Assembly (NCBI GenBank): GCA_020696385.1
Contig: JAEHCQ010000004.1
Coordinates: 160,001 to 224,000, forward strand
Reading direction: 5' to 3'
Origin: Methanobacteriota archaeon
GTDB lineage: Archaea > Thermoplasmatota > Thermoplasmata > SG8-5 > JAGLSY01
Length of the DNA: 64,000 nucleotides
Under the pieces are notes generated by a model. The model had not been told where the DNA came from. It saw only the letters and a program-made list of their open reading frames with translations, and made no database searches. Below are positions 48,100 through 56,749 of the stretch, piece by piece; the first letter of the stretch is position 1; every line of letters begins with the position of its first letter. Position numbers and translations under genes: made by a program.

Positions 48100-48771
48100 T
48101 CATTCCTCAATTATGTAATCTATCATCAGGTAACCGCTGGCTACAAAGATTATATCGAATGCCAATATAAGCTTTATCCCATTGGAAAGATCTGCTAAGA
48201 CCGCTCCATCGAATATCTGGAAGGTGGCTTCCACAGATGTCATGATGACCGTGAAGAGCAGGATGGGTATGAGCAGGACTGGGAGCATGACCTGGCTCTG
48301 CGACAAGTTTGCCGATATGGCCGAGATCAGATTTCCCAGGGCTGTGAAGCCGATGGTTCCCAGTACGATGATGCCCAACAACAATACCATGTCTGGCATT
48401 GGTTGGGCGAAGAAGGCGAAGAATACCACTGTTGAAAAGAGATTCAATCCCAATATTATAATGAAGGTCGCCAGGAACTTGCCGAAGTAGATGGAAGAAG
48501 CGGATATCGGAGCCAGCATCAATCCTTCCTTCGTTCCCTGCTCCACCTCTCTCTGGTAAATAGGAGCCAGTGCGAACATCCCGCTGAAGAAGAAAGTGAT
48601 CCACAAGATCGGAGACGCCAGTTCGGTCTCCGAGAAATCTATGAACTTAAATATGAACCTGAAGGAAGCCAGTATCATCAATGAAAGAATGAGCATGGAA
48701 TTGATCATCTGCTTGTTCCTGAATTCTATCCTCAGCTCTTTCAGGAATATCGCACGGGTGGCACTAATCAG
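48100..48771 (-). CDS. ccmB: Heme exporter CcmB (probable CTG start; TTG 48819 is an alternative)
   Basis: KELRIEFR, REVEQGTKEGL, IYFGK, MLPVLLIP; GGAGG just upstream of CTG 48771. Confidence 0.88.
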   Translation of the reverse strand: MISATRAIFLKELRIEFRNKQMINSMLILSLMILASFRFIFKFIDFSETELASPILWITFFFSGMFALAPIYQREVEQGTKEGLMLAPISASSIYFGKFLATFIIILGLNLFSTVVFFAFFAQPMPDMVLLLGIIVLGTIGFTALGNLISAISANLSQSQVMLPVLLIPILLFTVIMTSVEATFQIFDGAVLADLSNGIKLILAFDIIFVASGYLMIDYIIEE

Positions 48772-48933
48772 AATCCCTCCTTTTCGAACCTCTCGATTCC
48801 CTCGAGCTTTTGAATACAATCACTTCGTTCTCGCATTCAAAGTCGGGCTTTCGTATGTGGGGGCTCTGCCCACACATATGAAACTTCGAATACTGTTCGA
48901 AGTTCCCAATGCGCTCCTTGCAGTCGCTCATTG
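48764..48933 (-). repeat. Junction element (long form) with a 55-aa bridging ORF and four internal hairpins
   Basis: Same ends as 45431-45492; ORF MSDCKERI...KRRDSD. Confidence 0.75.
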
Positions 48934-49656
48934 ATTCTCACCTCCCAGTATCTCCTTGTATTTGGATAGGAATTCCCCTGTATCTGTATTATCATCAGCT
49001 ATGATCTTTCCTTTGGATAGGATGCCTCTTCGCGTGGCTATCTCCATTCCTTTTTCAAGGTCATGAGTGATCATGAAGAATGTCACACCTTCTTGATTCA
49101 TTTTCTTGATGACCTTGTTCAGCATGGCCTGGGCATTCAGATCAAGACCGGAATACGGCTCATCCAGGAAAACAAGATCCGGCGAGTGGAGAAGGGTTCT
49201 GGCCAATGCCAGCCTCTGCTTCATCCCCCTGGAGAAGGAGCCCACCTTGTCGAATGATCTATGATAGAGTTCCACCATCTTCAGCATCTCTTCAATCCTT
49301 TTCTCCTTGTTAGGTATGGAATAAAGGTCTGCGAAGAAATCTAAATTCTCGCTGGCCGTGAGATCCCTGTAAAGATATGGCTCGTGGGACATGAACCCTA
49401 TTTTTCTTCGAATATCTCTGAGGTCATCATCACTGTTCATGCCAAAGTGAGTGATTTCTCCTTTGTCCGAGTGTATGAGGGTGGCCAGTATCTTGACCAG
49501 GGTGGTCTTGCCGACACCATTGGAACCAAAGAGGACATAAATATCTCCCTTGTGAAGATCCAGATCCAGGCCATTGAGCACGTTCTTCTTTCCGAAGCTT
49601 CTTCGAATGCCCTTGGCCTTGAGAATTACATCTGCCATTGATATGATGGAATTCAT
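48928..49656 (-). CDS. ccmA: Heme ABC exporter ATPase CcmA
   Basis: GSNGVGKT, FSRGMKQR, LDEPYSGLD; adjacent to ccmB. Confidence 0.9.
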   Translation of the reverse strand: MNSIISMADVILKAKGIRRSFGKKNVLNGLDLDLHKGDIYVLFGSNGVGKTTLVKILATLIHSDKGEITHFGMNSDDDLRDIRRKIGFMSHEPYLYRDLTASENLDFFADLYSIPNKEKRIEEMLKMVELYHRSFDKVGSFSRGMKQRLALARTLLHSPDLVFLDEPYSGLDLNAQAMLNKVIKKMNQEGVTFFMITHDLEKGMEIATRRGILSKGKIIADDNTDTGEFLSKYKEILGGENQ

Positions 49657-49684
49657 TGTTATTATTAAAACCTTCTAAAAAGAA

Positions 49685-50389
49685 TCATCTTCTGGGATCT
49701 TCCCCGAACATATCGATGTCCTTGAGTTCGTCAGGGTGATGGTGTTTCATCTGTTTACGGGTCATCTTTCCCGTGAGCCAGGTCATCTGCATTGGATCAT
49801 CTGGTAGGAAATGCACATTGTAAAAGTGAGATATTATAACGACCAGTGTGGCGACGAAGGCCTCGTAGAAATGCATAACTCCGGCTAGATTCACCCAGCC
49901 AAAGGGAATGAATTCCAATGCTTGGAATGGGAACCATAGGATGAAACCAGTTATTCCCATGACCAATATACCCCAGACAACACCCCAGTATTCCAATTTC
50001 TCCTTCCAGATATATCTATCCCAGGATGGCATTTCGCCAAAACCAAAGAGGGCTTTGAAGTATTGGATCAATTCTCTAACATCTCTTTTGCTGATCATCA
50101 TCTTGTGCTTCATGAGGGATTTTATGTTTTTGTGATTGATCAAAAGATTGAATACGTGGTAAACCCCAAGAAGAACCATCAAAAGACCGGACCAATGGTG
50201 TATTTGTGTTCTCCACCACCATCCGCCCATGAGCTCCACGAGGAGTTTCGCCCACCAGGTTTCTGGGAAGCTTAGAGGGAAACCTGTGACTATCTGGGCT
50301 ACGAACGTACCTAGCAGTACGATATGCTGGATACGGGTGTTCTTACCCCATCGCAGGTATTCTTTTTGATCATTCTCTTCGCTTTCCAT
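49685..50389 (-). CDS. Di-heme cytochrome b (FdnI-like)
   Basis: RIQH...TGF, IHH, EKLEYW, MHFYEA, SHFYNVH, HHP. Confidence 0.85.
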   Translation of the reverse strand: MESEENDQKEYLRWGKNTRIQHIVLLGTFVAQIVTGFPLSFPETWWAKLLVELMGGWWWRTQIHHWSGLLMVLLGVYHVFNLLINHKNIKSLMKHKMMISKRDVRELIQYFKALFGFGEMPSWDRYIWKEKLEYWGVVWGILVMGITGFILWFPFQALEFIPFGWVNLAGVMHFYEAFVATLVVIISHFYNVHFLPDDPMQMTWLTGKMTRKQMKHHHPDELKDIDMFGEDPRR

Positions 50390-51595
50390 TTATTCACCTC
50401 CCTCTTCAGTTTCACTTTCTTCTTTCTTTGCTTTCCACTTGTTCACTGTTCTTCCAACTATTTTTCCCCAGCCATAGTTCTCAAGGAACATGAGTCCGAT
50501 CAGTCCGCCCATCATGCCAAGGATCGCTAATTTGTATATCATTGGAATAAGTTCTATGAGGTTGAGGCCAAAGATGTAGTAAACCTCTTCCCTCTCTCCC
50601 ATTGATCCCTCATAATGTACATGTCCCTGCGCAACCAATTCCAGGTCCAGCTCGTTACCGTGGCATTCCTTACTGCTGGATCCTCCTGAACATGTATCCG
50701 CAATATTACTTGAGTGGACAATTGAATCTGGATCTGAAACTGGTTTGATGCCATGCACACCGTGGCAGTCTGGACAGGATGCCACGATCTCTCCACCAAA
50801 CACCACATAAGCCCCATGATATGAATCCTGGAAGCTGTAAAATTTGGATGAGTGGCAATTGCCGCATGTGTCCGGGCTGTTCAATGTGTAAACTGGTGAT
50901 TCTGGATTATTATGCTTTTCAATATGATGGATACCATGACAATCCGTGCAGGTATTGGCCACAATGGTCTCTCCATCTTCATTCAAGATATATCCATTAT
51001 GGATACTGGTCTTGAACTCTGCAGATTCGTTTGCATGGCATCCTCCACATATTTTCAGGATATCCTCTCTTTCTGGTAATCCAATGAAATTACCGCTCAT
51101 TGCATCCACATCATTGTTTGGATCACCACCATGGCAATCCGCACAGGTAGTTCCGGCTTCCTTGTGGGTGCTGGAGAACCAGTCATTACCTGCCATTGTG
51201 TAGTTAATGCCCGCATGGCAGTCCGCACAGGTGATATCAACTGGAATATGACTCACATTCCAGTCATCATTAAAAGTAGCTGCCATTTTATCAGGATGGC
51301 AATCTGAACAATACATTTCATAATCCATGTGGCTGGGCCACCATTCATCACTGTGTATTGTGATGTCAGCACCTTCTATGTCACTGTGACATTCCAGACA
51401 GCTTAGGCCTGCAACTGGTGTAACATCCTCATATGTGAATTCTAGATCGGGCTCATGATATTCCAGCATGTCTTTATTGACATTTTGGATATCTATGTAA
51501 ATGTAAAGCAGGAGTGAAATAACACAGACCAAATACAATATCCATGCATAATTTCTAATGAACCCCTTGATGCCGGATCGTGTAGCCATCCTCAT
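50390..51595 (-). CDS. Membrane-anchored multiheme cytochrome c (8 CxxCH plus one CX8CH)
   Basis: CLECH, CSDCH, CADCH x2, CGGCH, CTDCH, CGNCH, CPDCH, CSGGSSSKECH; N- and C-terminal TM. Confidence 0.92.
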   Translation of the reverse strand: MRMATRSGIKGFIRNYAWILYLVCVISLLLYIYIDIQNVNKDMLEYHEPDLEFTYEDVTPVAGLSCLECHSDIEGADITIHSDEWWPSHMDYEMYCSDCHPDKMAATFNDDWNVSHIPVDITCADCHAGINYTMAGNDWFSSTHKEAGTTCADCHGGDPNNDVDAMSGNFIGLPEREDILKICGGCHANESAEFKTSIHNGYILNEDGETIVANTCTDCHGIHHIEKHNNPESPVYTLNSPDTCGNCHSSKFYSFQDSYHGAYVVFGGEIVASCPDCHGVHGIKPVSDPDSIVHSSNIADTCSGGSSSKECHGNELDLELVAQGHVHYEGSMGEREEVYYIFGLNLIELIPMIYKLAILGMMGGLIGLMFLENYGWGKIVGRTVNKWKAKKEESETEEGGE

Positions 51596-52410
51596 TTACC
51601 TCCCGATCTTGATGTGAATCTAATAGCAATGGCGACCATTGAGATCAAAGCCAGGATCGTCAAGAACCCAGGGGCTGGCAATAGCTTATCATGCTCTTCA
51701 TATACATCTTCTTCCAGATCATATATGCCCAGATCCTCTAGTAGGTCTTTAGGTGGCTCATCCACGAAGATAAAAGTGGAGCCCGTTGCTGTGCCTTCAG
51801 AATATTCTGCCTCTATGATGGCCTTATGAGTTCCTGCCACAGGAGCGACCTCGAATATCACATATCGCATTTCTTCCTTCAGAATAGTGATACTCTTTAG
51901 GGTCTGTAGGACCTCACCGTCTATAATGAGTGATACATTGACATCTCTCGCATTGCCATTTCCTGTATTGTTCACATAAGCGTAAACGAACATCTTCTGC
52001 CCCTCATAGGTGTCCTTGGCAGATCTGTTAACATTAGTTATGATCAGGTGAGCTATGCGAGGAGATGGTATGGATGTGGCATCCCCTGGGTTTGAAGCAT
52101 TCTCTATCTCATTCCTATTAGGGTAACCATCATCATCCGAATCAAGGTGACCAATGGCGCTGATCGCACCAGCGGCATCGGATACATGATCGGTCTCGGC
52201 TTCGAAATCCACACCATATGGATTAAGCCCTGCAAAATCTCCTGGTGGATGGCATACATCACAATCCCCCTTGAGATCGCCTTCGATATAAGACCCGTAA
52301 GAACTATAGCCAGATGAGATAAAACAGGTAACTAGTAGAAGAGTTATGAATACCGGGATGAGCAGGGCTATCTTGATCGATCTCGCCCTCCATCTCCTTG
52401 GTCCTTCCAT
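51592..52410 (-). CDS. Secreted monoheme protein with CARDB-like domain and PGF-CTERM
   Basis: CDVCH...LNPYG, LDSDDDG, VNNTG, C-terminal APGF followed by TM and basic tail. Confidence 0.78.
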   Translation of the reverse strand: MEGPRRWRARSIKIALLIPVFITLLLVTCFISSGYSSYGSYIEGDLKGDCDVCHPPGDFAGLNPYGVDFEAETDHVSDAAGAISAIGHLDSDDDGYPNRNEIENASNPGDATSIPSPRIAHLIITNVNRSAKDTYEGQKMFVYAYVNNTGNGNARDVNVSLIIDGEVLQTLKSITILKEEMRYVIFEVAPVAGTHKAIIEAEYSEGTATGSTFIFVDEPPKDLLEDLGIYDLEEDVYEEHDKLLPAPGFLTILALISMVAIAIRFTSRSGGK

Positions 52411-52503
52411 GGTATTCACGCTCTGTTTATTTCTTGATTTTATTTCCTGACTATATGATGTAATATTTATACATGTTCTAAACAATAGTTAACACTTATT
52501 TGC

Positions 52504-54042
52504 TTAGTGCTGCTCCTTACCAGCATGCTTCTTTTTGTATTCTTTCGCCCGTTCCTTAAAGGCCTTGTCTTCGGGCATGATCATTTTTACCGCAGCCATT
52601 GCCCCCATTCCAATATCCATCGCTATTTTTGGGATCGGAATACCCTGTTTTGTTATTCCTTCAATGGACTTTCCTGGATTCATTATATCATGAGGATCCA
52701 GAACTGTTTTGATATCGAACATGAGCTCGGCGGCTTCTCCTCTTATCTTTGGCAAATTGCCTGCAAATAATAATCCGAGACCAAGAGGACGACCCCCATG
52801 TTCGAAGCCGATATCTCCCAGCTTCTTCGGGAATGCCAGGCTCGTTGTGCCTTTGATGAGTTTCTTATCATCGAATATGAAATATGGTAGGAATGCGACT
52901 GTGTTTCTGTCCGTCACCATTCCAATAATGGACGCTTCCATTCCCATATTGTCAACAAGCTCATATGTGTCCCTGACCACATGGGGGAATTTATTGAGTG
53001 GGGCGACTATCTCACCAAGTGCCGCGCTCAGGCCGACCTCTCTTGGTCTGAACTCATAGGCTCTCTCATTCCATTCATGCTCTGCTATGGAATCACTCAT
53101 TTTTTTGCCCTCGAATTGGGCATTGAGATCATCCAGAACATCTTCCTCAACCTTCACGGATTCTACTGTTCCTTCAAGTGCGATGTTTATCAAAGCCCCC
53201 TTCCCGGGAGTGTGCTTACCCATCATGTCAAGGAATTGAACATGGATCTCATCGACAAAGGAAATGTTCAGTGGCCTGATCTTGCTTCTGGTCACGGCTC
53301 TGATAAATGGAAATGCCTTTGCCAGTGTGTCAAATTGGTAAGATGTTGGTCTTAGGATCTCAGGAGCTGGCTCGGCCATCAAAGTTACTTTGGTTATTAT
53401 CCCCAAGGTTCCCTCACTTCCAACGAAAAGCCCATTGAGATTGTATCCCGCACTGTGGTCAGAAACTCCACTGAAGCCAGTCTCTATAATTCGGCCATCT
53501 GGCAGAACGACCTCCATGCTCCTTATATTGTGGCCTACTGATCCATATTTGTAACATCCTATGCCCACACCACCGGTATTGATCCATCCGCCCACTGTGG
53601 CCGCGTACATACTTGAAGGATAGGAAACTACGAACAATCCTCTTTTCAAGGCAATGTCATAGACTTTCTTCCAAACAGCTCCAGCTTCGACAACGATCTC
53701 GAGGTTCTCCTGATCTACATTGATGACCCTGTCCATTGAAGAGATGTCAATTACTATTCCACCCTGGCTTGGTATCGCTCCTCCAAATCCCCAGGTCGCC
53801 GCTCCTCGTGGTATTACAGGAATGTCGTGTTTTATGGCCACTTTCACGATCTGGGACACTTCCTCCGCACTCTTTGGTCTGATAACAGCATCCGGCATGG
53901 TATTGAATGCCAGACCTACCTCTTTTGGCAATGGTGCCAGATCATGACTGTACAGTATCTTTTCGGTCTCCGTGATCTTCACCCTATTTGGGCCAACTAT
54001 CTTTACAAGGCTCTCGAATATCTCAACATTGTCCCTTGTCAT
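52504..54042 (-). CDS. FAD-linked oxidoreductase (GlcD/D-lactate dehydrogenase family)
   Basis: IPRGAAT..GGAIP, ATVGG, KYG, GSEGTLGIIT, DPHDIMNPGK. Confidence 0.88.
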   Translation of the reverse strand: MTRDNVEIFESLVKIVGPNRVKITETEKILYSHDLAPLPKEVGLAFNTMPDAVIRPKSAEEVSQIVKVAIKHDIPVIPRGAATWGFGGAIPSQGGIVIDISSMDRVINVDQENLEIVVEAGAVWKKVYDIALKRGLFVVSYPSSMYAATVGGWINTGGVGIGCYKYGSVGHNIRSMEVVLPDGRIIETGFSGVSDHSAGYNLNGLFVGSEGTLGIITKVTLMAEPAPEILRPTSYQFDTLAKAFPFIRAVTRSKIRPLNISFVDEIHVQFLDMMGKHTPGKGALINIALEGTVESVKVEEDVLDDLNAQFEGKKMSDSIAEHEWNERAYEFRPREVGLSAALGEIVAPLNKFPHVVRDTYELVDNMGMEASIIGMVTDRNTVAFLPYFIFDDKKLIKGTTSLAFPKKLGDIGFEHGGRPLGLGLLFAGNLPKIRGEAAELMFDIKTVLDPHDIMNPGKSIEGITKQGIPIPKIAMDIGMGAMAAVKMIMPEDKAFKERAKEYKKKHAGKEQH

Positions 54043-54806
54043 GCTACAACCTCATTTGTAATTTCATTATCTTGTTTTTGTTCCACGGCCACGGTGGTTT
54101 CTTCGACCGCTTCAACTTCTTCTATTTCAACTGGCGGATCTTGATAAAGACGTCCAGTCAATTCCCTGTACCACAGATAATGGTATTTTCTAACATACCA
54201 TTCCGGTAGTGTTCCAGTGACAAAATATGCTCTGAACTTGACCTTGTCTCTCTTTCTTAAGTGAAGGGAACCTCTGTAGAAAACGAACCATATCAGGAAT
54301 ATTCCCATGATGATATGGATCAAAAATCCATACTCATGCAGGAATGATATCTGCATTATTCCTGCCGTGATGCCCAGAACACCCACCTTGAAGATGAAAG
54401 CGATGTAAGAAAGTCTTTGATGGCCTTGATATTTCCCATGGCTTCCCATTTCTTCTCTTGGGGCCAGGAACATGAGGAAAAGGAAGGTGTGAATGACACC
54501 CTTGATCTCTTTTGCAGGGTTCTTGGGTAGGATCTCAACTTCTTTACGCCCTATATTCAATATAACATGTAGAAGACCAACACCCAGAAGGCCAATGGCA
54601 GAATACATGTGGATATCTATCATCCATGAGAAGTGCGGGATCTCATTCAGTATTCCGCCGTATATATCTAATTCATGGAACAGGAATTCCTTGAACAATA
54701 TACCTCCCGAAATGACAACTCCAGCAAGGAGAACTAACACTAGCCAGTTGATGGCGACCGCATCCTTCCCGAAGATCTTGATCTCCTCTTTTTTCTCTCT
54801 CATCAT
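54039..54806 (-). CDS. Cytochrome b-like membrane protein (divergent)
   Basis: 4 TM, IHMY, LHV, GKYQGHQR, IH, TG...KYH. Confidence 0.7.
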   Translation of the reverse strand: MMREKKEEIKIFGKDAVAINWLVLVLLAGVVISGGILFKEFLFHELDIYGGILNEIPHFSWMIDIHMYSAIGLLGVGLLHVILNIGRKEVEILPKNPAKEIKGVIHTFLFLMFLAPREEMGSHGKYQGHQRLSYIAFIFKVGVLGITAGIMQISFLHEYGFLIHIIMGIFLIWFVFYRGSLHLRKRDKVKFRAYFVTGTLPEWYVRKYHYLWYRELTGRLYQDPPVEIEEVEAVEETTVAVEQKQDNEITNEVVA

Positions 54807-54814
54807 CTACCTCT

Positions 54815-56164
54815 CTATGGCTCAGTGTGTATCATGGTCAGGTCTGAATGACATCCACATCCATCTGTTGTCTCATCATGGAATGGTGGTATGCCGATGT
54901 GGCATCCATTACACCTGTCCCAATCCACGCTTATGGTGCCATGTTCTCCATGGCAGTTAATACAATCCTGGGCCAGGTGGTATCCCTCGCCCAGCTGCTC
55001 TATTTCGTCCGAATGGCATTCGGAACAGAATGAATTGTAGATCATGAATGATGTCTCAAATGGAATATTCTGTGGGTCGTGGGCACCAGTGACATGACAG
55101 GTCATGCAATCATCATACGGTGCAGTTGCTTGATGTGGGATATTATCACTGTCATGGCAATCACTGCATTCTGGACTGTATTTGTGATCCGTGTGACATT
55201 CTGGACATCCATCCTCCCATCCGTGGGCCGAATCCGAACTTATTAGTTTATCATAGGTCTCATAATGACAATCCGAGCAGAAGGATGAGTTTACCTTGAA
55301 GATCCCATGCTCTTGAACTATCTCATAAGGAACACGAGCATCTTCTGGATGCAGCCTATCATGGCAGAACATACAGTTATCCATGACCGTTCTGTGGCCG
55401 ATAAACTCTGGCTGCGTGTGGCAATCTCCCATTCCACATGTTCTATCCCTGTGGAGGTCGATCTCCTCCGAGCTAAGGTCATGACAGGTTGGGCATGCGA
55501 ATCTTGTGAATCCGATACCATTCATCCTCTGGTCATGGCAATCTACACATGTTTCCTGCGATTCCAACTCGGAGAAATCATCGCCATTCTCAGTTAGTGG
55601 ATGCCAGATCAATTGAGTTGGCCAGATGGTCGTGCCATCTTGATCTGTGATATGTGTCTCACCCCTGGGTACTGGAGCCAATATTTTCCAATCCAGATCA
55701 TCATGACAGCCTTTCAGACAATTCTCAGCAGGCACGAATCCATGAAGATTATCAGGATCATAATTATCCAATATCAAATAGACAAGATCCTTGGTCCCAT
55801 CAATGGTAACGGCCTCTACCTGGCCAATAATTCCTTCTCCGGTATGACAATCAACACATAGAACTTCTTTCTCCAGATGAGATATCATGATCGAATTGTT
55901 CTGAGGGTTCAGGTAACTATCATAGTATGGAACCATTGGATGACAGGTAAGTCCGCAAAATTCTGGCTCTTTGTGATAATCAATGAGTATCCACGAGCCC
56001 AATATTATAGCACCCAGTATTATTAGAAGAGAGAAGACATAAGCGATTCCCTTGATATTGATCTTATTACCCCGAAATCTTTTCAGCATATACATTATGG
56101 CGAATGACCATGCTCCAGTTATCACGAAGAACAGTATGAATCCGATCAAGACTTCCTTCAGCAC
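54815..56164 (-). CDS. NapC/NirT-like anchored multiheme cytochrome c (11 CxxCH plus 4 atypical motifs)
   Basis: Two N-terminal TM, PEFCGLTCH.M, many CxxCH; also CLKGCH, CGMGDCH, CGCH. Confidence 0.92.
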   Translation of the reverse strand: MLKEVLIGFILFFVITGAWSFAIMYMLKRFRGNKINIKGIAYVFSLLIILGAIILGSWILIDYHKEPEFCGLTCHPMVPYYDSYLNPQNNSIMISHLEKEVLCVDCHTGEGIIGQVEAVTIDGTKDLVYLILDNYDPDNLHGFVPAENCLKGCHDDLDWKILAPVPRGETHITDQDGTTIWPTQLIWHPLTENGDDFSELESQETCVDCHDQRMNGIGFTRFACPTCHDLSSEEIDLHRDRTCGMGDCHTQPEFIGHRTVMDNCMFCHDRLHPEDARVPYEIVQEHGIFKVNSSFCSDCHYETYDKLISSDSAHGWEDGCPECHTDHKYSPECSDCHDSDNIPHQATAPYDDCMTCHVTGAHDPQNIPFETSFMIYNSFCSECHSDEIEQLGEGYHLAQDCINCHGEHGTISVDWDRCNGCHIGIPPFHDETTDGCGCHSDLTMIHTEP

Positions 56165-56365
56165 TTATCTCACCTATCTCTCACTTGCCAAGTAGGCATT
56201 CGAGGTCATACTTTAACAATATATATGGTTTATGTATAGTTTTACCATAATAATTTGCTAATCTTGCTCATATTCTTATGGTTTGCTTAGTGCGGACATC
56301 AAAGCGCAGAGTCATAATCACAAAAAAGGCTTGCCAATCTTTATCCACACCCAGTACAACGAATA

Positions 56366-56520
56366 CAATGAGCGAGCAGACCTGGCGAGTTTTTCTTGTT
56401 CACCCCTCTTTTTCTTTTTTAGATGCGCGGTTTTGCGCATCTATTTTATCAAACACATAGAATGGGTTTGATTCAGGAGCCAGGCCAGTACAGCGAGGTG
56501 TAAAAAGAAAAAAATTGGGA
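56366..56520 (+). repeat. Modular palindromic repeat, family B
   Basis: CAATGAGCGAGCAG, TCTTTTTCTTTT/AAAAAGAAAAA, ACAGCGAGG and TGGGA as at 23537-23686. Confidence 0.7.
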
Positions 56521-56619
56521 AGAAAAGGCTTACTGAATTTGTACCACGCCCCAATGTCGCAACCTTTGGTTTGCGGATAAGGGGCGATATATCAAGATTA
56601 TGACAATGGTACAAATTAT

Positions 56620-56696
56620 GTAAGGGCTCAATCTTCTTGCTGTTAAATCAAAAAACAGCAAGAAATGTCCCACCCTTTAGGGTTGGGAGCCCTCAC
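56620..56696 (+). mobile_element. Putative non-autonomous IS200/IS605-like mini-element
   Basis: GTAAGGGCTC...hairpin...TCCCACCCTTTAGGGTTGGGA-GCCCTCAC resembles an IS605-type right-end hairpin ending in TCAC. Confidence 0.45.
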
Positions 56697-56749
56697 TTGG
56701 GAATAATTTTATATCCCAACCCTGGATTGACCACTCTGGAGCCTGATCG

